NCBI RefSeq assembly: GCF_009914755.1
Contig: NC_060939.1
Origin: the human T2T-CHM13v2.0 reference genome, Homo sapiens
Strand: one strand, 5' to 3'
DNA: 64,000 nt
The position numbers and the translations under genes were made by a program. The notes under the pieces are model-generated. The model did no database searches, had not been told where the DNA came from, and saw only the letters and a list, made by a program, of their open reading frames with translations. Of this stretch, positions 55,401-64,000 are shown piece by piece; positions within the stretch are counted from its first letter, which is position 1, and each line of letters begins with the position of its first letter.

Positions 55401-58400
55401 GTATATCTGTCATTTATGGCTTTTATTATGCTGATGTATGTTTCTTCTATAGCTAGATTTTAAGTTTTTTTTTAATCATGAAGGGATGTTGAATTTTATC
55501 AAATACTTTTTCTGCATCAGTAGAAATGATTTTACAGTTTTTGTCCTTCATTCTGATGATATGATGTAGCACATTGGTTGATTTGCATATGTTGAACCAT
55601 CCTTGCATCCCCGGGGTAAATCCCACTTGGTCATGATGAATGATCTGTTTAATGTGTTGTCAAATTCAGTTTGCTAGTATTTTGTTGAGGATTTTTTGCC
55701 TCACTATTCAATAGGGTTATTAGCCTGTAATTTGTTTTATGAGTCTTTGTCTGGTCTTGGTATCAGAGTAATAGTGGCCTCATAAGATTAGTTTGGAAGT
55801 ATTCACTCATCCTCTGTTTTTCAAAATAGTTTAAGTAGGGTTGGTATTAGTTTTTCTTTAAATGTTTGGTAAAATTCAGCAGTGAAGCCATTGGTTTCCA
55901 AGCTTTTCTTTGCTGGGAGACTTTTCATTATGGTGTTGATCTCATAACTTGTTATTGGTCTGTCAGGTTTTGAATTTCTCCATGGTTCAATCCTAGTAGG
56001 TTGTATGTGTCTAGAAATTTATTCATTTCTTCAAAGTTTTCCAATTTATTGGCAAATAGTTGCTCATAGTAGCCTCTGATGATCCTTTGAATTTCCGTAG
56101 TATCAATTGGAATGTCTCCTTTTTCAAATCTGATTTTATTTATGTGGATTGTCTCTCTTCTTTTCTTAGTTTGGCTAAAGGCTTGTCATTTTTTTTTTTT
56201 TAAGAAACAGCTTTTAATTTCATTGTTCTTTTGTATTGTTTTCTTTTGTTTCTTCCAATTTCATTTGTTTTGCTCTGATTTTCAATATTTTGCTTTTTAC
56301 TAAGTTTGCTCTTACTTTTCTAGTCCCTTAAGATGCATTATTAGGTTTTTTATTTAAAGTTTTTCTACTTTTTTGATGTAGGCACTTATTGCTATAAACT
56401 TTTCTCTTCATACTGCTTTCACCATATCCCATAAATTTTGGTATGTTGTGTTTCCATTATCATTTGTTTCAAGAAGGTGTCAATTTTATTTCTAATTTAT
56501 TCATCGATCCACTGTTCATTCAAGTGCACACTGTTTAATTTCCATGTGTTAGTATAGTTTCCAAAATTCTCTGGTTATTGATTTCTAATTTTATTTTCTT
56601 GTGGTCAGAGAAGATATTTGATAGAATTTCAGTTTTTTTTTTTTAAATTTGGATTTCATTGAGCTTTTCAAAACAGCTATTTTGAATTATCTGTCTGAAA
56701 GGTCACATATCTCTGTATTTTTGGGACTCTTTGTTTGATGAAGTCATATTCTCCTGGATTGTCTTGGTGCTTATGGATGCTTGTGGGTGTCTGGGCATTG
56801 AAGAGGTGGGTATTTATCATAGTCTTTGCAGTCTGGGCTTGTTTGTACTCATCCTTTTCAGGAAGACTTTCTAGGTATTTGAAGGGACTTAAGTGTTGTG
56901 GTCTAAGTCTTTGGTTACCACAGCTGTATTTATTTTAGGGGGCACACTAAGCTACCCAGTAATACTGTGGCTTTTGCAGACTCATAGAGGTACTGCCTTG
57001 GTGGTCTCGGATAAGACCCAGGAGAATTCCCTGGATTACCAGACAGAATCTCTTGTTCTTTCCCCTTACTTTCTTTGAAACAAATGGACTCTCCTTGTTT
57101 GTGATGAGCTGCCAGAAGCTGCAGGAGGAGTGACACATGCACCCCTATGGCCACCACCACTGTGCTGGGTCAGACCCAAAGCCAGCACAACACTGGGTTA
57201 CACCCAAGGCCTGCAGTCACCACTGCCTGGCTACTGCCTATGCACACTCAAGGCCCAAGGGTTCTACAATCATCATGTGGCAAATCCAGCCAGGCTTGTG
57301 TCCTTCCCTTCATGGCCACAAGTTTACCTCAGTCCCAGTTGGGTCCAGAGATACCATCTGAGAGCCAGGTCCTGGAGTCGAGAACCTTAGGAATCTACCT
57401 GGTGCTTTTTCCTATTGTGGCTCAGCTTGGCACCAAAGCCACAAGATTCTTTTTCACTCTTCCCTCCTCTTTCCTCAAGCAGAGGAGTCTCTCTCCATGG
57501 CCACCACTGTCCAGGCCCATGGCAAGTACTGCCTGGGTACCACGGATGTTGACTCAAGGCCAAGGGAAGGGCACTTCAGTCAGCTTGAGGTAAATGTTGC
57601 CAGTGCTGAATCTCTCCCTTCAGGGCAGTGGGCTCCCCTCTGGCCAAGGGAAGGTCCAGAAATGCCATCCAGGAACCAAGGCCTGGAACTGGGGACCCCA
57701 GGAGTCCACTTGGTGCTCTATCCCACTGTGGTCAAGCTGGTGCCCAAGCTGTAAGACAAAGTCCCCTTTACCCTTTTCACTCCTTTCCTCTAGCAGAAGG
57801 GGTCTCTCTCCATAACCACCACAACTAGGAACGTTCTGGGTCATATCTGAGGCCAGCACCGCTCTGAGTCTCACCCAAGGCCCAGAACAAGTACTACTTG
57901 GGTATCACTGCTGATTATCCAGGGCCCAAGGGCTCTTTAGTCAGCAGGTGATGAATCCTGCTCAGACTGGTTTCTTCCCTTCAAGGCAGCAGGTTCCATT
58001 CTGGTCCAGGGTTTGTCTAAAAATGTTGTCTGGGAGCTAGGGCCTGGAATATGGGCCCCAGAACTCTGCCTGGTACCCTATCCTACTGTGGCTGACCTGG
58101 TATCCAAGTTGTAAGACAAATTCCTCTTTATTCTCCCCTGTGGTCTCCTCAAGCAAGAGTCTTTCCTGGAGCTGTGAGCTGTGCTGCCTAGGATTGGGGG
58201 AAGGGTGACACGAGCACCCCTCCAGCTTCCCCACCTGGTGTCTCACTAGGTCGGTTACCCTCCAACTTCACTGGCTGTGAGCCCAGCACAGCATCAGGAC
58301 TTGCTCAGGAATTACAGACCTTGTGACCTAGACTGCTATTCAAATTTATTTAGGACCCCAGAGCACTTTAACCTGTGATGGAGGGGTTGCCAGAACTCAG

Positions 58401-58872
58401 GTTTCAACTGCTGGGATGGATGATTTGCCTCTGGCTGCGGCTGGTCTAAATGCTCCCTCTGTGGGTGCTGGCTGAGTTCGGCCTGGAGTTCTGCTGTAAC
58501 TGCACAGCACTGAGTTCCAAGTTCCAATACAAAGTCTCATAGCCACTGTGCTTTCCCTCTCCAAAGTACACAGATTCTCTGTCCACGCCATGTGGTCACT
58601 GCTGGGGGATAGGGGAGGGGTGTGTAGGTGATTGTTTTTCCTACCCTTTTCATAAGATGTTAATATGATTTCTTTAATATCAAGCTGATATTATGTTAAA
58701 ACCAGGTATTGTTTTCCTAAATATGATATTAAAACCAGGTACAGGGATTACTCACCTGATTTTTGGTTCTTATGAAGATTTGTTTGTGTGTGGATAATTG
58801 TTCAGTTTGGTGTTCTTTCAGCGGGGACAGTTGCTGGAGGCTTCTATTCTGCCATCTTGCTCCACTTCCTCT
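52405..58872 (-). mobile_element. L1MA1-3-like element with both ends, an internal ORF1/ORF2 deletion near 56650 and a nested L1PA insert
   Basis: 3' end gggtacatagtagg...ggggtatccatcacctcaagcattt; degraded ORF2 to about 56640; ORF1/5' UTR 56651-58872 ending ctattctgccatcttgctcc (reverse of an L1 5' terminus). Confidence 0.88.
54510..55219 (-). mobile_element. Nested, internally deleted L1PA (PA11-15-like) with probable 3' transduction and 12-bp TSD
   Basis: TSD CAAACAAGGATA at 54498-54509 and 55220-55231. L1PA 3' end at about 54635-54895 is joined directly to an ORF2 segment at about 54895-55219. Confidence 0.85.
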
Positions 58873-58877
58873 GTCTG

Positions 58878-60480
58878 ATTTTTTTAAGGCACTTCCTTCC
58901 TTTCTGGCACTGCAAAATACTCCAAGCTCATCTTGCATATTTCCTGTCTCAATCCTAGAATCAGCCATTACCTCAAGGAGTGCTGGTTTCTTTTTTTTTC
59001 TTTTTTCTTTTTGGAGATTGGTATTGGAAATCAAGATTTTGGATCTAGGTATGCTTATTGTTTCTTTTAGGCCTGTTTAGCTGACAGAGCAAAGAAATAT
59101 GTGTATATGTTAACTGGTATACACATATCTATAAATATCAATACTATGTAACCACAGGTATCTATATTAAGCTTCACATGAATTCTTATTAATGTTCCCA
59201 ACTTTAATTCATCACCACATCAATCATTCTAGCCTCCACCCTTGCCTATTTGTAAGTTCCCGCTCCAACAATGAGGAGCCTGGCTCCTACCATCTGCCAT
59301 CTGTTTACTTAATTGTTCAATTTCTGTTTATATGTATAGCAGTACCAGAATTGTTAACTTAGACAATAGATTTTTCTTTTAGGTTTTTTTTTTTTCTTGA
59401 CTGTGTTGGTAGTAACCATAGAAATGACAATATGCATACCTAACATAAAAAAATCAAAATTTAATACATTTTTTTACTCCATGATACACCTTAGAATATT
59501 TCAATATCAGTTATCCCTTGCCCATATTACTGTTATATGGTGTTATAACTCTTCATGTATGCATGTTTGTGTGTATGCATGTGTGTGTGTGTGTTTCACT
59601 AGGCATTAAGTTTATATTTACAGATATGTGTATAACTTTCCTTGCTCTCCATTCCCTTTTAAGTCTCAGCTGTCTATCTCGGATCATTTCCTTTTGCTTG
59701 AATGGTATCTTTTAGAATTTCCTTCAGTGAGGGTCTTTTGGTCATGAATTTCAATTTTAGCTTGTTTGAAGAGTTTTTATTACATTGTCATTTTTGAAAA
59801 ATAATTTTACCAGGTATGGAATCTTAGGTTTGTACTAATCGAAAATAGCTTTCTACTGTCTTCTGGCTTTCATTGTTGTTGTTGAGGTCAGTTATCTATT
59901 CACTGCTGTACTTTGAGGGAACTCTATCTTTATTTCTTTCTATAAATTTCTTGGTTTTGGTTATTTTTTGGTCACATATTTGATATGCATATAGATGTGG
60001 ATTTATTATTATTTATCCTACTTGAATTTTCAGAGCCTGCTTATATGTATTGGTTTCATGTATCAGTTCTGAAAAAAATCTCAGATGCTATTTATTCCAT
60101 TTTTTCTTTCTTCTCCTTCTGGGAATCTAATCACTTTAGGCTTTATATCTCTCTTATCTGTCTTTGTATTATATCTGGAAAATGTCATCTTCTCTTTTAA
60201 TCTGTCTTCAGTTATGTTAAATCTGCTGTCCAATGTAACCACTGAGCTCTTAAATACTTTTATTATATATTTTATATCCAAATTTTCTGTTTGTTTTTTT
60301 CAAATCTACCATATTACTCTTTATTGTTTCCTACTACCATTGAATATTTTCAAGCTTGCCTTTTATCTCTGTAGACAAAATAATTACGGTTGTTTTATAA
60401 TTAATGTGTAATTTAGCTGTCTATTTCTTCTGCTTGTTTTCTTTCATGTTGTCTTTCTTCTTTATGCGCTTGACAACTTG
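58878..60480 (-). mobile_element. L1MC-like continuation and further old L1M fragments
   Basis: cacttccttcctttctggcac...ccaagctcatcttg...agaatcagccatt continues the element at 51545-52395. Confidence 0.7.
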
Positions 60481-61399
60481 CTTGTCATTGCCCTTGAAAA
60501 TTATTTGTTCAGATTCCCTGAGGTCAAGGATGATTGTGCCTTCTGGCTTCCCTCCAGAGTGCCTCAGAAGCTTGAGGCTTCCTGGCCTACTCCAGCCTAC
60601 GCATGCCTGTGATGTAGGGGTACGGGAGATGGGTTTTGGTGTGGTTTGCCCCTATTTTTAGGGGTCATGTTTAATGAGAAAGGACTCCTGTAATTATCCC
60701 CTCTTTGGGCAGGTTTTGGGCCCGACCTTCTGCACTCTTGTTCTGTGAAGCCTTGGGCCCAGAGTACAAACAGTTGGTATTGGCGAATAGCCTCATGGAA
60801 AATGCTGCAGTCGTCACAGCTGTGAGAATGCATTGTATAATATTTGTATTCTGATATTTTTCTGTTAACACTATAACTTAATTGCTTTACATATATTCTG
60901 TGTCCTGATATATTCCTGTTATTATTAGATTATTTTCTAGTGTTATCAAAAGCTATTTTTTATCTTCAGATGCTTTCAATCACATTAATAACTTGAACGA
61001 ATTGTTTTCAACACAATTATCTGCTATCAGTAAATCCCAATTATCTTTTTAGCTCCTTTATGATAGACAAATTAGAATATTAAAAATCGCAAAATTTCAA
61101 GTTAGAAATGAAGACTAGAAAATGAAATACCATAACTATCATAGGCAAGTAACAACAACAAAAAAAACTGCAATAGTATGTCAGTTTCAGGTAAGACTAG
61201 TGAAGAAGAGAAATAGATAGGAAGAGTGTTAAGGTCTGCGTAGGTCAGTACCCGGGTTCTGATTTCTACACTGCCCTTTGTATTCTAGCTAGGAACTTCT
61301 GCTTATTTTCTCTTGCGAGACTAAAGCTAGCACTCATCAGGGAATAATTCCTGCTCTAATAAGAAACATATATAACTCCCCTGGCCAGTCCTCCTTCAC

Positions 61400-61745
61400 T
61401 TCTAAAAGGAGTGTAAATTGCTACAGCTATTCTGAAGATCAATTTGACAATATTTAGTGCAATTAAGTGTGCATATGCCCTGCAACCCAGCAATTTTACT
61501 TTTGAATAGAGTTGCCAGAGACACTCTTACACCAGCAGAGAAATACATGTATATGAGAATGTTTGTAGAGCGAAAACCTGGAGGAAGCCCGACTGTTCAT
61601 CCCTAGAAGAATGGATAAATAAAATATGACATGTGTGTATACCAGAATGCCTTATAGCAGCCAGGAGGAGTGAAACAGATCTACAAATAGCAACATCTCA
61701 AATACATCATGTTAAATGACAAAAAGGAAGAAACAGAATAATATC
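61400..61745 (+). mobile_element. L1ME-like 3' fragment
   Basis: gagtgtaaattgctacagctattctgaa...acccagcaattttactt...gaatggataaataaaa. Confidence 0.7.
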
Positions 61746-61764
61746 CATAGCTATAGCTTTATCA

Positions 61765-62225
61765 TCATCGTTTGCTCCTAACAAACCATCCCAAAAATAT
61801 TGGTTTAGAGTAATTGTTTATTAGCACAATAGTTTGGGCTGGGCAAAGCAAAGCAGTTCTGCTGGTCTCTCCTGGGCTCACTTGTGCCCCTGAGGTTGGT
61901 TGGCACTTAAAACAATGGTCCCTGGGTATTCTAATATGGCTTACCCACCCAACTAGCTATTGCTTCTGGTTATTCATGTCTGGGAGGGCTTCATACCTGC
62001 AGCAACTAACAGGCTAGCTTGGCCTTTCTCACACAGTGGCGGAAAAGTTGTCAGCAGTGAAAGAGAGAAAGCTCCAATGTACAAGATATTATTGTTTTCT
62101 TGGACTATGTTTGCTAATGTTCCTTTGTCCAGAGCAAGTTCTGCGCCAAGCCTGGAGCCAGTGACAAAGGGTGTGTGAGCATCTAATGTGGTGCGTGGTT
62201 AGTTGGTTGCAGCAATCTACTACGA
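61765..62225. mobile_element. MLT1 (G/H-like) LTR
   Basis: ttctgctggtctctcctgggctcacttgtg...caggctagcttggcctttctcaca. Confidence 0.6.
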
Positions 62226-62239
62226 TAGCATGATACTTT

Positions 62240-62660
62240 TTATGAGTTGCATTTTGTCCCTTCCCTGCAAACTCATGTTAAATCCCTAACCCTTAGTACC
62301 TCAGGATGTAACCATATTTGGAGATGAAGTCTTTAAAAAAGTAATTAAGTTAAAATGAGGACTTTAAGGTGGAGTAAACATTGAATTTTTATCTAGCACG
62401 ACTGGTGTCCTTATGAGAAAAGGAAATTTGAATATACAGAGAAGCACCAGGGGTGTGCATGGGTAGAAAAAGACTATGTGAGGATGGAGTGAGAAGGCAG
62501 CCACTTCTGAACCAAGGAGAGGGGTCTCAGGAGACATCAACCCTGACAACACCTTGATCTTGGACTCCCGGCCTCCAGAACTGTGGCAAAATATATTTCT
62601 GTTGTTTAAGCCATTCAGTCTGTGGTATTTTGTTACGGCAGCTCCAGCAAACTAATATAA
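62240..62660 (+). mobile_element. MLT1B-like LTR
   Basis: agtacctcaggatgtaaccatatttggagat...accttgatcttggactcccggcctccagaactgtg...gcaaactaata. Confidence 0.85.
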
Positions 62661-62688
62661 TGCTATTTATGTAAATTTAAAAAGTTCA

Positions 62689-63087
<399 letters not shown>

Positions 63088-64000
63088 TTATGAGAGGGAG
63101 AGAATGGGATTGGAGTGAGAAATAAAGTGGAAAATAATTTAGAAAGAGGGCCATGGATGGACAGATGATAAGAGTATACCATGTACTGCGCAAGGTGACC
63201 AATTCAAATCTGTGTACCTGAGTTCTAAAAACAGGATAAAGTAAAATAAAAATAATCTCTTCTGGCTGAGGCAGAGTTGGTTTCCTTACCAGTATAAGAT
63301 CTATTTTTAAAACCTAATATTATTGAATACTCCTGTATGATAGACTCTCTTATATCCTTTAACCTTTTACAGGAGATACCATTGCTCCCATTTATAGGAG
63401 AGGAAACTGAGGCAAAGGTAACTTAAACACACTAGCCGCAGGTGCATAGTGAGTAAGCGGCTGGGCAGATGGTTGAGCTCCAATCTGACTGCTTCCCAGC
63501 CTGGGCCTTGGCAGTTTCATCTGATCATCCCTTACTTAGCCACTTGTGTCTCTTCAGTTGCTTAGGCCTGCTCTTTGAGTCTGGAATCAGACACAACCTT
63601 GCCTGTGGTTGCTGGTCATGTTTCTCAGTCATTGCTTTTGTCACCCTGTCTTGTTTTCTGCTGTTTGCCTAGTTCTCATTTGCAGCCTAGCTCTTCCTAG
63701 GTGCAGGCCTGGCTCCTCCAACTTGCTTCTTCCTCTCATGGTAGGCTCCAAGGTTGTACCCGTAACAAGGCATGAAAAGGTCAAGAAGGCTGAGAGCAGA
63801 AGAGCATAGCCAAGAGTAGGCAGAAAGAGGCATAGGATCAATCCTTGACTTCCTCATTTGTGGGCACTTTGAAATGCAGGTGGCCATATTTCAAATATAA
63901 TACCTAGTGAGAACGGATTGTTAAGTACAGAACAATTTTACAAGTCGGTTACCGGTAGTTTGAAATTGGCCCTGGTTGGGGTGTTTACACCACAGAAACT

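Overview
This is human-type (primate) genomic DNA covering the 3' part of SV2B (synaptic vesicle glycoprotein 2B) on the + strand. It holds the last four coding exons (10506-10639, 12799-12999, 18299-18458, 21147-21330), a long 3' UTR with candidate proximal (~24.2 kb) and distal (~30.1 kb) poly(A) sites, and about 33 kb of repeat-rich downstream sequence (Alu, L1, MaLR/ERVL LTRs, Tigger4/MER5, MIR/L2). I found no rRNA, tRNA, CRISPR array or second protein-coding gene, and no new multi-gene system that I can support. The most unusual observations are: (1) an L1PA insertion inside an L1MA whose internal jump lands on the position homologous to its own target site, with a probable 3' transduction; (2) a 29-nt templated insertion inside an Alu, matching sequence 1.1 kb downstream; (3) a 26-copy, ~28-bp, CpG-polarised, hairpin-capable VNTR inside an MLT1 LTR in the putative extended 3' UTR; (4) competing splice sites on both sides of the 134-nt exon, each creating a premature stop; (5) a young 5'-truncated AluYb8. 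Repeat subfamily names come from recalled consensus sequences, and old-repeat boundaries are approximate.
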